From assembly GCA_963805625.1 (NCBI GenBank), contig CAWDVE010000004.1, forward strand, positions 125,923 through 189,922: a stretch of DNA of 64,000 bases, written 5' to 3'. The stretch comes from an uncultured Candidatus Rokubacteria bacterium. Its GTDB lineage: Bacteria > Methylomirabilota > Methylomirabilia > Rokubacteriales > DASRDR01. A model generated the notes under the pieces. It was not told where the DNA came from, did not search any database, and saw only the letters and a program-made list of their open reading frames with translations. Below are positions 10,583 to 21,933 of the stretch, in pieces. The translations under genes and the position numbers were made by a program. Each line of letters opens with the position of its first letter. Positions within the stretch are counted from its first letter, which is position 1.

Positions 10583-10900
10583 CCGAGGCACTCGGCCGAC
10601 CAGGCGAGCTTCTCGTCGCGCGCCGGGCGGCGGGTGAGGCGTCCCACCGTCACGCTCAGGCTAGCGGGGTCGCGGCCGAGGGCCCGGGGGTGTGGCTCCA
10701 GTCCGGAGGAGCAGGTGGACGTGGTTCGGCATGAGGCAGTATGCGTGAACGTCAACCTCGTACCGTTCTCGATACAGCGCCAATCGGTGGAGATAGGCAT
10801 CGTAGTCGGCTTTGCTGAGGAACGTCGGCTGGCGCTGGTTCCCGCGGGCGATGACGTGATAGAGGAGGCCGGGCGCAAAGAGCCTGGAGCGGCGAGCCAT
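10558..10900 (-). pseudogene. REP-associated tyrosine transposase (RAYT, Y1/HUH), internally deleted
   Basis: MARRSRLFAPGLLYHVIARGN...AYCLMPNHVHLL (HUH motif) from 10900, breaking off after LLRTG. A different frame carries a helical tail (RDPASLSVTVGRL...EVKV*) ending at 10558. The catalytic-Tyr region is absent. Confidence 0.8.
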
Positions 10901-10944
10901 GCCTAAGAAGCACGGGGCGTGCCGGTCTGGTCCACGGGCTGCTG

Positions 10945-10973
10945 GCCATGTTTGGAAGTCAAAGTCTAACCCC
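10945..10973 (-). repeat. REP copy 2
   Basis: Reverse complement GGGGTTAGACTTTGACTTCCAAACATGGC; inverted relative to copy 1, so the two bracket the RAYT. Confidence 0.88.
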
Positions 10974-11080
10974 GGTCGGGGGTGACCGGGGCGAAGAGCC
11001 GAGGACGTCGAGCCATCGCCCTCGACCAGAGGCCCGGGACGGGTGCGAGAGCACCCGTCGGGACTGGGACGAGGGTGAGG

Positions 11081-11109
11081 AAAATGTCGGGAAGTCAAAG
11101 TCTGTCCCT
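11081..11109 (-). repeat. REP copy 3 (unpaired)
   Basis: Reverse complement AGGGACAGACTTTGACTTCCCGACATTTT. Confidence 0.85.
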
Positions 11110-11112
11110 GGT

Positions 11113-11141
11113 TTGACACTCTGCGTCGAGGGAAGTAGCAT
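11113..11141 (+). promoter_or_regulatory. Sigma70-type promoter of the TCA operon
   Basis: TTGACA-N17-TAGCAT, about 66 bp upstream of the aconitase ATG. Confidence 0.7.
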
Positions 11142-11207
11142 GAGGGCGCGGTCGAGAGCGCCTCCTGTCCGGCTGGGCGGGAGGCGATTACTTTGGGGAG
11201 CCCTGCC

Positions 11208-13451
11208 ATGATTGACGCGATTCGCGCCCTCTACGCCTCGATGCCGGAGCGTCTCACCCGGGCCCGCCGCGACTGGAACCGCCCCCTCACGTTGAGCGAG
11301 AAGATCCTGGTCGCCCACGTCCACGACTGGAATGCCCAGGCCTGGGAGCGGGGCACGGCCACCCTCCGGCTTCGCGTCGACCGCGTGGCGATGCAGGACG
11401 CAACCGGCCAGATGGCACTGCTCCAGTTCATGCAGGCCGACAAGGCCCGGGTCGCCGTTCCCTCGACGGTCCACTGCGACCACCTGATCCGCGCGCAGAC
11501 GGGCGCGTCGGAGGACATGCGCCGGGCGGTGACCGAGAACAACGAGGTCTACGAGTTTCTCCACTCGGCCTCGAAGAAGTACGGGATCGGCTTCTGGAAG
11601 CCGGGCTCGGGGATCATCCACCAGGTGGTCCTGGAGAACTACGCGTTCCCGGGCGGCCTCATGATCGGCGCCGACTCCCACACCCCGAACGGGGGCGGTC
11701 TCGGCATGCTGGCCATCGGCGTCGGGGGAGTTGACTGCGGCGAGGTCATGGCCGGGCTGCCGTGGGAGGTGCTCCACCCGAAGCTCGTGGGCGTGCATCT
11801 CACGGGGAGGCTGTCCGGATGGACGTCGCCCAAGGACGTGATCACGTACCTCTGCGGGTTCCTTACGGTCAAGGGCGGCACCAACAAGATCGTCGAGTAC
11901 TTCGGCCCCGGGGCCGCGTCGATCAGCGCGACCGGCAAGGGCACCATCTGCAACATGGGGGCGGAGCTGGGCGCCACCACCTCCGTGTTCCCCTTTGATG
12001 AGCGGATGGCCGCGTACCTCGAGGCGACGGAGCGGCGCGACGTCGCGCGGCTCGCTGCCCAGAACCACGCGCACCTCGTCCCCGACCCGGAGGTCCTCCG
12101 GAACCCCAAGGACTTCTACGACGAGATCGTCGAGATCGACCTTTCCACGCTCGAGCCCCACATCGTGGGCCCGCACTCGCCGGATCGGGACCGGCCGGTC
12201 TCGAAGCTTGCCGCCGACGTCCGCGCGAACGGCTGGCCGGCCGGCATCAAGGCGGCGCTCATCGGGTCGTGCACCAACTCGTCGTACGAGGACATGCGGC
12301 GTGCCGCCCACATCGCGATGCAGGGCATCAAGGCGGGGCTCCGGGCGCGGACGCCGTTCCTAATCACGCCCGGCTCCGAGCGCATTCACCAGACGATCAA
12401 GCGCGACGGGATCATGGCCACGTTCGAGCAGATGGGCGGCACGGTGCTCGCCAACGCGTGCGGGCCGTGCATCGGCCAGTGGAAGCGGTCCGACGTCGGC
12501 AAGGACGAGGCGAACACCATCGTCTCGTCGTTCAACCGGAACTTTCCGGGGCGGAACGACGGCAGCCAGGCGACGCTGTCCTTTCTCAGCAGCCCGGAGA
12601 TCGTGACCGCCCTCGCCTTTGCGGGCACCCTCGAGTTCGATCCGGTCCACGGGACCCTGACGGCGCCTGACGGGAAGGCGTTCCGCTTCACGCCGCCCGA
12701 GGGCGAGGAGCTACCGCGGGACGGCTTCGCGCGCGGCGAGGAGGGCTACGAGGCGCCCGCCGCGGACGGCGCCGCAGTCCAGGTCGTCGTGCGGCCGGAC
12801 AGCGAGCGGCTCCAGCTGCTCCGGCCCTTCCCGCGCTGGGACGGGAAGGACTTCGACCGCCTGCCGATCCTCGTCAAGACCAAGGGCAAGACGACGACCG
12901 ACCACATCTCGCCGGCGGGAGCGTGGCTGCGCTACCGCGGCCACCTCGACAAGATCAGCGACAACATGTTCATCGGCGCGCTCAACGGGTTCACCGGGGA
13001 GACCGGCAAGGGCGTCAACGTGCTGACCAGCGAGGCCGGGGTGCCGCTCACGCGGATCGCGCGCGACTGGAAGGCCAGGGGCGTGAGCTGGATCGTGGTC
13101 GGCGACGAGAACTACGGGGAGGGGTCGAGCCGGGAGCACGCGGCCATGTCCCCCCGCTACCTCGGCGCGAAGATGGTCCTCGTCAAGAGCTTCGCGCGCA
13201 TCCACGAGACGAATCTGAAGAAGCAGGGGATCCTGCCCCTGACGTTCGCGAGCCCCAAGGACTACGACCTGTTCGAGCAGGCGGACAGGGTGAGCGTGGT
13301 CGGCCTCCAGGCCCTGGCGCCGGGCCGGCCGGTCGAGGTTCGCATCCGCAAGCCGGATGGCCGTACCATCACGATCCAGGCCCGCCACAGCCTGACCGAG
13401 GAGCACATCGGCTGGTTTCGCGCCGGGTCGGCGCTGAACGCGCTCTCGTAG
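11208..13451 (+). CDS. acnA: Aconitate hydratase (mitochondrial-like type)
   Basis: DRVAMQDAT, HCDHLI, GADSHT, IGSCTNSSYED, NACGPCIGQW, TTDHISPAG, NYGEGSSREHAA motifs. Confidence 0.93.
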   Translation: MIDAIRALYASMPERLTRARRDWNRPLTLSEKILVAHVHDWNAQAWERGTATLRLRVDRVAMQDATGQMALLQFMQADKARVAVPSTVHCDHLIRAQTGASEDMRRAVTENNEVYEFLHSASKKYGIGFWKPGSGIIHQVVLENYAFPGGLMIGADSHTPNGGGLGMLAIGVGGVDCGEVMAGLPWEVLHPKLVGVHLTGRLSGWTSPKDVITYLCGFLTVKGGTNKIVEYFGPGAASISATGKGTICNMGAELGATTSVFPFDERMAAYLEATERRDVARLAAQNHAHLVPDPEVLRNPKDFYDEIVEIDLSTLEPHIVGPHSPDRDRPVSKLAADVRANGWPAGIKAALIGSCTNSSYEDMRRAAHIAMQGIKAGLRARTPFLITPGSERIHQTIKRDGIMATFEQMGGTVLANACGPCIGQWKRSDVGKDEANTIVSSFNRNFPGRNDGSQATLSFLSSPEIVTALAFAGTLEFDPVHGTLTAPDGKAFRFTPPEGEELPRDGFARGEEGYEAPAADGAAVQVVVRPDSERLQLLRPFPRWDGKDFDRLPILVKTKGKTTTDHISPAGAWLRYRGHLDKISDNMFIGALNGFTGETGKGVNVLTSEAGVPLTRIARDWKARGVSWIVVGDENYGEGSSREHAAMSPRYLGAKMVLVKSFARIHETNLKKQGILPLTFASPKDYDLFEQADRVSVVGLQALAPGRPVEVRIRKPDGRTITIQARHSLTEEHIGWFRAGSALNALS

Positions 13452-13530
13452 GCTCGTCCGGGCGACGCCCACCGCGGCTCGATCGGAGAACCGGATGGTG
13501 CGGGCGGCGCCCGTGCCCTGAGGAGGCAGC

Positions 13531-14784
13531 ATGCCAGGTCGCGTGAGAATCCCCACCGGCGAGAAGATCGCCCTCTCCCACGGAAAGCTGCAGGTTCCCG
13601 ACCACCCGGTCGTGCCCTTCATCGAGGGTGACGGTACGGGCCCCGACATTTGGCGCGCCTCCGTGCGGGTGCTGGACGCCGCCGTCGAGCAGGCCTACGG
13701 CGGTAAGCGCCGGATCGCCTGGGCCGAGGTGTACGCGGGCGAGAAGGCGCACGCGGTCTACGGCGCGGACTGCCCGCCGAACCTCCTGCCGTCCGAGACC
13801 CTGGACGTGATCCGGGAGTACCTGGTCGCGATCAAGGGGCCGCTCACGACCCCGGTCGGCGAGGGCTTCCGGAGTCTCAACGTCACGCTCCGCCAGGAGC
13901 TCGACCTCTACGTCTGCCTTCGCCCGGTGAAGTACTTCCGGGGCGTGCCGTCGCCGGTCAAGCGGCCGGAATCGGTGGACATGGTGATCTTCCGCGAGAA
14001 CACGGAGGACATCTACGTCGGCGTCGAGTGGCTCACGGGGACGCCCGAGTGCCAGAGGGTCGTCGACTTCCTGACGCGCGACATGGGCGTGAAGAAGATC
14101 CGGTTCCCCAAGACCTCGTCGATCGGGATCAAGCCGGTGTCGATCGAGGGATCGGAGCGGCTCATCCGGGCGGCGATCCGGTACGCGATCGAGCATAACC
14201 GCCGGAACGTGACCCTCGTCCACAAGGGGAACATCCAGAAGTTCACCGAAGGGATGTTCATGAAGTGGGGCTACGGGCTCGCCAAGCGCGAGTTTCCCGA
14301 CCGGACCGTGTCCTGGGAGGAGTGCGGCGGGAAGCCGCCGGCGGGCAAGCTCCTGATCAAGGACGCGATCACGGACGCCTTCCTCCAGCAGATCCTCACG
14401 CGGCCCGACGAGTTCGACGTCATCGCGGCGCCCAATCTCACGGGCGACCTCCTGTCGGATGCACTCGCGGCCCAGGTGGGCGGGATCGGGATCGCGCCGG
14501 GCGGGAACATCAACTACGAGACGGGCCACGCCCTCTTCGAGGCGACGCACGGGACCGCGCCGAAGTACGCGGGCCAGGACAAGGTGAACCCGGGCTCCGT
14601 GATCCTCTCGGGTGAGATGATGCTCCGTTACATGGGCTGGGCCGACGCGGCCGACCGGATCGTCAAGGGCCTGGAGGCGACGATCGCCCAGAAGGTGGTG
14701 ACCTACGACTTCGCCCGCCTGATGGACGGGGCGAGGGAGGTCAAGTGCTCCGAGTTCGCCACCGCCATCGTGGAGAACATGCGC

Positions 14785-14799
<15 letters not shown>
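13531..14799 (+). CDS. icd: NADP-dependent isocitrate dehydrogenase
   Basis: [49 protein letters not shown]. Confidence 0.96.
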
Positions 14800-15864
<1,065 letters not shown>

Positions 15865-15875
15865 GAGGGCACGCG

Positions 15876-16721
15876 GTGGCGGCACCGGGTCATCAGGCGC
15901 ATGCGACGGGCACGGGAATCACGGCGACCCGCCTCCCGGCGGCGAACGGGCGGATCCGTGTCGAGGGCCCGATCCGCTGGGACACGTGGTGGGTCGAGCC
16001 GGCCCTGATCGTGCTGGTGCTGGGCGCCTTCATCGTCTACTCGACGTGGGCGGCGCTCCAGAACGCCCACTACTACGCGGCGCCGTACCTCTCGCCCTTC
16101 TATTCGCCGTGCCTCTCGACCGACTGCCAGCACGTCACCGTGCCCCTGTTCGGCAAGATGCCGGCGCTCCCGATCCTGGGGGTCGTCTCACCCGCCTTCC
16201 TGATCCTCTGGGCCCCGGGGCTGTTCCGGCTGACCTGCTACTACTACCGCAAGGCCTACTACCGGTCGTTCTGGGCCGCGCCGCCGGCGTGCGCGGTAAG
16301 CGACATCCGCCCGACCTACACGGGGGAGACGCGCTTCCCGCTGATCTTCCAGAACCTCCACCGCTATGCGTTCTACTTGGCGGTGCTCTTCATCGTGGTC
16401 CTGGCCTACGATGCGCTCCTGGCATTCCGGTTCCCGGGCGGGCGAGTCGGGGTCGGTGTGGGGACGCTCGTGATGTGTCTCAACGTGATCTTGCTCGCTG
16501 GCTACACGTTCTCGTGCCACAGCTGTCGTCATCTCTGCGGCGGATCGGTCAACCAGTTCTCGAAGGCGCCGAGCCGCTACGCCCTGTGGAAGGTCGTCAC
16601 CCGCCTGAACGAGCGGCACCCGACCTTCGCGTGGCTTTCGCTGTTCGCCGTCGGACTGACCGACCTCTACATCCGGCTGGTGTCGATGGGGGTCATCCGG
16701 GACCTCCGCATCGTCTTCTGA
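15876..16721 (+). CDS. Succinate dehydrogenase membrane anchor, mycobacterial Sdh1 (Rv0249c)-like
   Basis: YLSPFYSPC, FRLTCYYYRKAYYRSFW, QNLHRY, SCHSCRH motifs; located just before the flavoprotein; GTG start after AGGAGG. Confidence 0.8.
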   Translation: MAAPGHQAHATGTGITATRLPAANGRIRVEGPIRWDTWWVEPALIVLVLGAFIVYSTWAALQNAHYYAAPYLSPFYSPCLSTDCQHVTVPLFGKMPALPILGVVSPAFLILWAPGLFRLTCYYYRKAYYRSFWAAPPACAVSDIRPTYTGETRFPLIFQNLHRYAFYLAVLFIVVLAYDALLAFRFPGGRVGVGVGTLVMCLNVILLAGYTFSCHSCRHLCGGSVNQFSKAPSRYALWKVVTRLNERHPTFAWLSLFAVGLTDLYIRLVSMGVIRDLRIVF

Positions 16722-16746
16722 CCAGGGGACGGGGCAGGGAGCGCGT

Positions 16747-18552
16747 ATGAGCGGGCTGGAGCAGCACGAGGTCCACGAGTACGACGTCGTCGTGATCGGC
16801 GCGGGCGGGGCCGGCCTCCGGGCGGCGATCGAGGCGGTCGCCCAGGGCGCGCGGACGGCCATCATCTGCAAGTCGCTCCTCGGCAAGGCGCACACGGTCA
16901 TGGCCGAGGGGGGAATCGCCGCCGCGCTCCGGAACGTGTACCCCGAGGACAGCTGGGAAGTCCATTTCCGCGACACCATGCGCGGCGGGAAGATGCTCAA
17001 CAACTGGCGCATGGCGCAGCTCCACGCCCAGGAGTCGCCGGATCGGGTCCTCGAGCTCGAGCGCTGGGGCGCGCTGTTCGACCGGACCAAGGACGGGCGC
17101 ATCCTCCAGCGGGACTTCGGCGGCCACCGCTACGCGCGGCTGGCCCACGTCGGGGACCGGACCGGGCTCGAGATGATCCGGACGCTCCAGCAGCACGCCG
17201 TCCACCTGGGCATCGACGTCTTCATGGAGTGCACCGTCAACCGGCTCCTCAAGGACGGCGACCGGGTGGCCGGCGCGGTCGCCTACTGGCGCCAGAGCGG
17301 GAAATTCGTCGTGTTCAAGGCGCCGGCGGTCGTGCTTGCCACCGGCGGGATCGGCAAGTCGTACGCGATCACGTCGAACTCCTGGGAGTACACGGGCGAC
17401 GGCCACGCGATGGCGCTCCGCGCCGGCGCGGATCTCATCGACATGGAATGCGTCCAGTTCCACCCGACTGGAATGGTCTGGCCCCCCAGCGTGCGCGGCC
17501 TCCTCGTGACGGAAGGCGTGCGGGGCGACGGCGGGACGCTCCGGAACAGCAAGGGCGAACGGTTCATGTTCCGCTACATCCCAGATTTCTTCAAGGCGGA
17601 GACGGCGGACAACGAGGCCGAGGCCGACCGGTGGTACGAGGACAAGAAGAACCGCCGGACGCCGGACCTCCTGCCGCGGGATGAGGTCGCCCGGGCGATC
17701 AACGCCGAGGTCAAGGGCGGCCGCGGCAGCCCCCACGGCGGCGTGTTCCTGGACATCGCCACGCGCCGCTCGCCCGACTACATCCGGCGCCGCCTGCCCT
17801 CCATGTACCACCAGTTCAAGGAGCTGGCGGGTGTCGACATCACCAAGGATCCGATGGAGGTCGGTCCGACCTGTCACTACGTGATGGGCGGCGTCCGGGT
17901 GGATGCCGACACGACCGCGGCCATCGGGCTGGCCGGGCTCTTCGCCGCTGGCGAGGTGGCGGGCGGCATGCATGGCTCGAACCGCCTGGGCGGCAACTCG
18001 CTCTCGGACCTCCTCGTGTTCGGCCGCCGTGCCGGACACTACGCGGCCGAGCACGCCCGCGCCTCCAAGGGGACGCTGGCCATCGACGCGCGTCAGGTCC
18101 AGGCGGCCGTCCAGGAGGTCATGGCGCCGGTCGAGCGCAAGACCGGCGAGAACCCGTACGAGATCCAGAGGGACCTCCAGCAGCTCATGCACACCCTGGT
18201 CGGCATCATCCGGACCGAGTCGGAGCTGAAGGAGGCCCTCGTCCAGATCGGCCGCCTCGAGGAACGGGCCGCCCGGGTGCGCGTCGAGGGCAGCCTCACC
18301 TACAACCCGGGCTGGCACCTGGCCCTCGACCTCCAGAACCTTCTCGCGGTCTCCGGCGCGATTGCCCTGGCGGCGCTCGAGCGGAAGGAGAGCCGGGGCG
18401 GCCACACCCGCGACGACTACCCGAAGCCGGATCCGAAGCTCGCCAAGGTCAATATCGTGGTGCGGATGAAGGACGGGGAACTCAGCGTGACCCCGGAGCC
18501 GCTGCCGGCGATGCCGCCGGAGCTGCAGAAGCTCTTCGAGGAGAAGAAATGA
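16747..18552 (+). CDS. sdhA: Succinate dehydrogenase/fumarate reductase flavoprotein
   Basis: GAGGAG, KAHTVMAEGG (covalent FAD His), QFHPTG, HYVMGG, HGSNRLGGNSL, ESRGGH. Confidence 0.93.
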   Translation: MSGLEQHEVHEYDVVVIGAGGAGLRAAIEAVAQGARTAIICKSLLGKAHTVMAEGGIAAALRNVYPEDSWEVHFRDTMRGGKMLNNWRMAQLHAQESPDRVLELERWGALFDRTKDGRILQRDFGGHRYARLAHVGDRTGLEMIRTLQQHAVHLGIDVFMECTVNRLLKDGDRVAGAVAYWRQSGKFVVFKAPAVVLATGGIGKSYAITSNSWEYTGDGHAMALRAGADLIDMECVQFHPTGMVWPPSVRGLLVTEGVRGDGGTLRNSKGERFMFRYIPDFFKAETADNEAEADRWYEDKKNRRTPDLLPRDEVARAINAEVKGGRGSPHGGVFLDIATRRSPDYIRRRLPSMYHQFKELAGVDITKDPMEVGPTCHYVMGGVRVDADTTAAIGLAGLFAAGEVAGGMHGSNRLGGNSLSDLLVFGRRAGHYAAEHARASKGTLAIDARQVQAAVQEVMAPVERKTGENPYEIQRDLQQLMHTLVGIIRTESELKEALVQIGRLEERAARVRVEGSLTYNPGWHLALDLQNLLAVSGAIALAALERKESRGGHTRDDYPKPDPKLAKVNIVVRMKDGELSVTPEPLPAMPPELQKLFEEKK

Positions 18553-19322
18553 AGCGCCAGACGGTCGCCAGCGGGTCGACGCGCGAGGTCACGATGCACG
18601 TCTTCCGCGGCGACGCGGAGGGCGGAGAGTTCCGCGAGTACCGGGTGCCCCTCGAGGAGGGGATGGTCGTCCTGGACGTCGTCCACCGGATCCAGGGAAG
18701 CCAGGCGAACGACCTCGCGGTCCGCTGGAACTGCAAGGCCGGCAAGTGCGGGTCGTGCAGCGCCGAGGTCAACGGGAAGCCGCGGCTCATGTGCATGACC
18801 CGGATGGAGATCTTTCCCGCGGGCGAGCCCATCACCGTGGCGCCGCTCAAGACGTTCCCCCTGGTCAAAGACCTGGTCACCGACGTGTCGTTCAACTACG
18901 AGGCGGCGAAGCAGATCCCGGCGTTCCGGCCCCGGCCGCCGGAGCCCGACGGCACCTATCGGATGATGCAGGAAGACATCGACCGCGGGCAGGAGTTCCG
19001 GAAGTGCATCGAGTGCTTTCTCTGCCAGGACGTCTGTCACGTGATCCGGGACCATGAGGAGAACAAGCCGGGGTTCTTCGGGCCCCGCTTCTTCGTGCGG
19101 CTGGCTGAGCTGGACATGCACCCGCTCGACACCCAGGACCGCCGCGAGCTCGTCCGGGCGCGCGCGGGCATCGGCTTCTGCAACATCACGAAGTGCTGCA
19201 CCGAGGTCTGTCCCGAGCACATCAAGATCACGGACAATGCGATCATCCCGCTGAAGGAGCGCGTGGTCGACGACCACTACGATCCCGTCATGTGGGTGGT
19301 CCGGAAGCTGGGCGGGAAGTAG
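18549..19322 (+). CDS. sdhB: Succinate dehydrogenase/fumarate reductase Fe-S subunit
   Basis: CKAGKCGSC, CIECFLCQDVC, CNITKCCTEVCP; ATGA overlap with sdhA. Confidence 0.92.
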   Translation: MKRQTVASGSTREVTMHVFRGDAEGGEFREYRVPLEEGMVVLDVVHRIQGSQANDLAVRWNCKAGKCGSCSAEVNGKPRLMCMTRMEIFPAGEPITVAPLKTFPLVKDLVTDVSFNYEAAKQIPAFRPRPPEPDGTYRMMQEDIDRGQEFRKCIECFLCQDVCHVIRDHEENKPGFFGPRFFVRLAELDMHPLDTQDRRELVRARAGIGFCNITKCCTEVCPEHIKITDNAIIPLKERVVDDHYDPVMWVVRKLGGK

Positions 19323-19360
19323 AGACCTGACCTCGCGGGTCATCGAGCTGCGGCGCCCCC

Positions 19361-20530
19361 ATGAAGATCCACGAGTACCAGGCAAAGGCGATCCTGCGGG
19401 AGTTCGGCGTCCCCGTGCCCCGGGGCGAGGTCGCGACCACGCCGGCCGAGGCCCGCGCGATTGCCGAACGCCTGGGCGGCCGCGTCGTGGTGAAGGCCCA
19501 GGTCCACGCGGGCGGGCGAGGGAAGGCCGGCGGGGTGAAGCTGGCCGACGACCCGGCCGGGACCGAGGCGGCCGCCCGGCAGATCCTCGGGATGCGGCTC
19601 AAGACGCCCCAGACGCCGCCCGAGGGCATCACGGTCCTGACGATCCTGGTCGAGGAGGCCTCCGCGATCGTCCAGGAGCTCTACCTGGCGGTCACGCTGG
19701 ACCGAGGCCGCGGGGCACACGTCGTCATGGCGAGCCAGGCCGGCGGCATGGAGATCGAGGAAGTGGCGGCCGCGCACCCCGAGCGGATCGTGCGGGAGTG
19801 GGCCGATCCAGCGCTCGGGCTCCAGGCGTTCCAGGCCCGCGCGCTCGCCTTCGGTCTCGGCCTCTCGGGCGACCAGTTCAAGGCCGGCGTCGGGCTGATC
19901 CAGGCGCTCTTCCGCGCCTACCTCGCCAAGGACTGCTCCCTGGCCGAGGTCAACCCGCTGGTGGTGACGCGTGACGGCCGGGTGCTCGCCCTCGACGCCA
20001 AGCTCAACTTCGACGACAGCGCGCTCTTCCGGCACCCCGAGGTGATGGCGCTCCGCGACATCAACGAGGAAGACCCGCTGGACGTCGAGGCGTCGAAGCA
20101 CGGGCTCAACTACATCAAGCTCGACGGCACGGTGGGCTGCATGGTCAACGGTGCCGGCCTCGCCATGGCGACGATGGACATCGTCAAGCTGGCGGGAGGA
20201 GAGCCGGCGAACTTCCTCGACGTGGGCGGCGGAGCGTCCCCCGAGCAGATAGAGAGCGCCTTCCGGATCCTCTCGTCCGATCCGAGCGTCAGAGCCGTCT
20301 TCATCAACGTGTTCGGCGGGATCCTCCGCTGCGACCGGCTGGCCGCGGGGCTGATCGCGGCGGTGCAGAAGCTCGACGTCCGGATGCCCATCGTCGTCCG
20401 GATGGAGGGCACGAACGTGGAGCTCGGCCGCAAGATGCTGGCCGAGTCGGGGCTCAACTTCACGAGCGCGGCCGACATGGGCGTTGGCGCGGCCAAGGTC
20501 GTCGAGCTCGCCCGCGGGGTCAGACTTTGA
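19361..20530 (+). CDS. sucC: Succinyl-CoA synthetase beta subunit
   Basis: MKIHEYQAK, KAQVHAGGRGKAGG, MVNGAGLAMATMD, NFLDVGGG. Confidence 0.96.
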   Translation: MKIHEYQAKAILREFGVPVPRGEVATTPAEARAIAERLGGRVVVKAQVHAGGRGKAGGVKLADDPAGTEAAARQILGMRLKTPQTPPEGITVLTILVEEASAIVQELYLAVTLDRGRGAHVVMASQAGGMEIEEVAAAHPERIVREWADPALGLQAFQARALAFGLGLSGDQFKAGVGLIQALFRAYLAKDCSLAEVNPLVVTRDGRVLALDAKLNFDDSALFRHPEVMALRDINEEDPLDVEASKHGLNYIKLDGTVGCMVNGAGLAMATMDIVKLAGGEPANFLDVGGGASPEQIESAFRILSSDPSVRAVFINVFGGILRCDRLAAGLIAAVQKLDVRMPIVVRMEGTNVELGRKMLAESGLNFTSAADMGVGAAKVVELARGVRL

Positions 20531-20599
20531 CTTCCCAACATTTCGTGATCGCTGCGGGCCATGGGGAATCGAAGTGTACGGAAGTCAAAGTCTGACCCC
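20516..20599. mobile_element. REP doublet (REPIN-like), copies 6 and 7
   Basis: GGGGTCAGACTTTGACTTCCCAACATTTC (20516-20544), 26-bp spacer, GAAGTGTACGGAAGTCAAAGTCTGACCCC (20571-20599). Confidence 0.88.
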
Positions 20600-21478
20600 A
20601 TGAGCATCCTGGTCGATCGGTCGACGCGGGTGGTGGTCCAAGGGATCACCGGACGCGAAGGCACCTTCCACGCCCTCCGCTGCAAGGAGTACGGCACCCA
20701 GGTGGTGGGCGGTGTGACCCCGGGCAAGGGCGGCACGGTCCACGAGGGCTTCCCGGTGTGGAACACCGTCGACGAGGCCGTGCGCGAGGCGGGCGCCGAC
20801 TGCGCGCTGATCTTCGTGCCGCCCGCCGCGGCCACCGACGCGATCATGGAAGCCGCGGCCGCGTGCGTGCCGCTGGTCGTCTGCATCACCGAGGGTATTC
20901 CGGTGGGCGACATGGTCCGGGTCAAGGCGTTCCTAGCCAGCCGCGCGACGCGCCTCCTCGGCCCCAACTGCCCCGGGCTTATCACGCCCGGCCAGGCCAA
21001 GATCGGCATCATGCCCGGCCACATCCACCGGGAGGGCGGGGTGGGAGTGGTGTCGCGGAGCGGGACCCTGACCTACGAGGTGGTCCACCAGCTCACGCAG
21101 CGCGGCCTCGGCCAGTCCACCTGCGTGGGGATCGGCGGCGATCCCGTCAACGGCACCAGCTTCGTCGAGGTGCTCCGCCTCTTCCAAGACGACTCCGGGA
21201 CCGAGGCGATCATGCTGATCGGCGAGATCGGCGGCACCGCGGAGGAAGAAGCCGCGGCGTTCGTCCGGTCTCACGTGACGAAGCCCGTCGTCGGCTTCAT
21301 CTGTGGCCAGACCGCGCCCCCCGGGCGCCGCATGGGGCACGCCGGCGCGATCATCTCCGGCGGCAAGGGAACGGCTGCCGAGAAGATGCGCGCGATGGAG
21401 GCGGCCGGCATCACGACCGTCAAGAGCCCCGCCGACATGGGCGCCACCGTTGCCCGAGTGGTCGGACGCGGGCGCTGA
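20600..21478 (+). CDS. sucD: Succinyl-CoA synthetase alpha subunit
   Basis: MSILVD...[28 protein letters not shown] (phospho-His). Confidence 0.96.
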   Translation: MSILVDRSTRVVVQGITGREGTFHALRCKEYGTQVVGGVTPGKGGTVHEGFPVWNTVDEAVREAGADCALIFVPPAAATDAIMEAAAACVPLVVCITEGIPVGDMVRVKAFLASRATRLLGPNCPGLITPGQAKIGIMPGHIHREGGVGVVSRSGTLTYEVVHQLTQRGLGQSTCVGIGGDPVNGTSFVEVLRLFQDDSGTEAIMLIGEIGGTAEEEAAAFVRSHVTKPVVGFICGQTAPPGRRMGHAGAIISGGKGTAAEKMRAMEAAGITTVKSPADMGATVARVVGRGR

Positions 21479-21507
21479 CCGCTTACTCAGGGGCGAGAGG
21501 ACAATCG

Positions 21508-21933
21508 ATGGCGCTCGAGCGCACCCTCACCATCATCAAGCCGGACGCGGTTCAGAAGGGCGTGGTCGGACGCGTCGTCGCCAAGATCGAGGAGGCGGGG
21601 CTCCGGATCCTGGCCGCCAAGCTCGTCCACCTGACGCCGGCGCAGGCCGCGGGCTTCTACATCGTTCACAAGGACCGGCCCTTCTACCGGAGTCTGTCCG
21701 AGTTCATGACGTCCGGGCCCTGCATCCCGATGGTCCTCGAGGGTGAGCACGCGATCCAGCGGCTGCGGGACGTGATGGGGGCAACCGACCCGTCGAAGGC
21801 GGCGCCCGGCACCATCCGACGGGAGTTCGCGGCCTCGATCGAGGCCAACGTCATCCACGGGTCGGACTCGCTCCAGTCGGCGGCGTTCGAGATCCCCTAC
21901 TTCTTCCCGGCGTTGGAGATCCATGCGCGCTGA
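21508..21933 (+). CDS. ndk: Nucleoside diphosphate kinase
   Basis: [25 protein letters not shown]. Confidence 0.95.
   Translation: MALERTLTIIKPDAVQKGVVGRVVAKIEEAGLRILAAKLVHLTPAQAAGFYIVHKDRPFYRSLSEFMTSGPCIPMVLEGEHAIQRLRDVMGATDPSKAAPGTIRREFAASIEANVIHGSDSLQSAAFEIPYFFPALEIHAR

Noticed and set aside
19322-19360. AGACCTGACCTC...GCCCCC|ATG between sdhB and sucC as a degenerate REP
   Set aside because: The reverse complement (GAGGTCAGGTCT) matches only about 7 nt of the consensus, too little to call.
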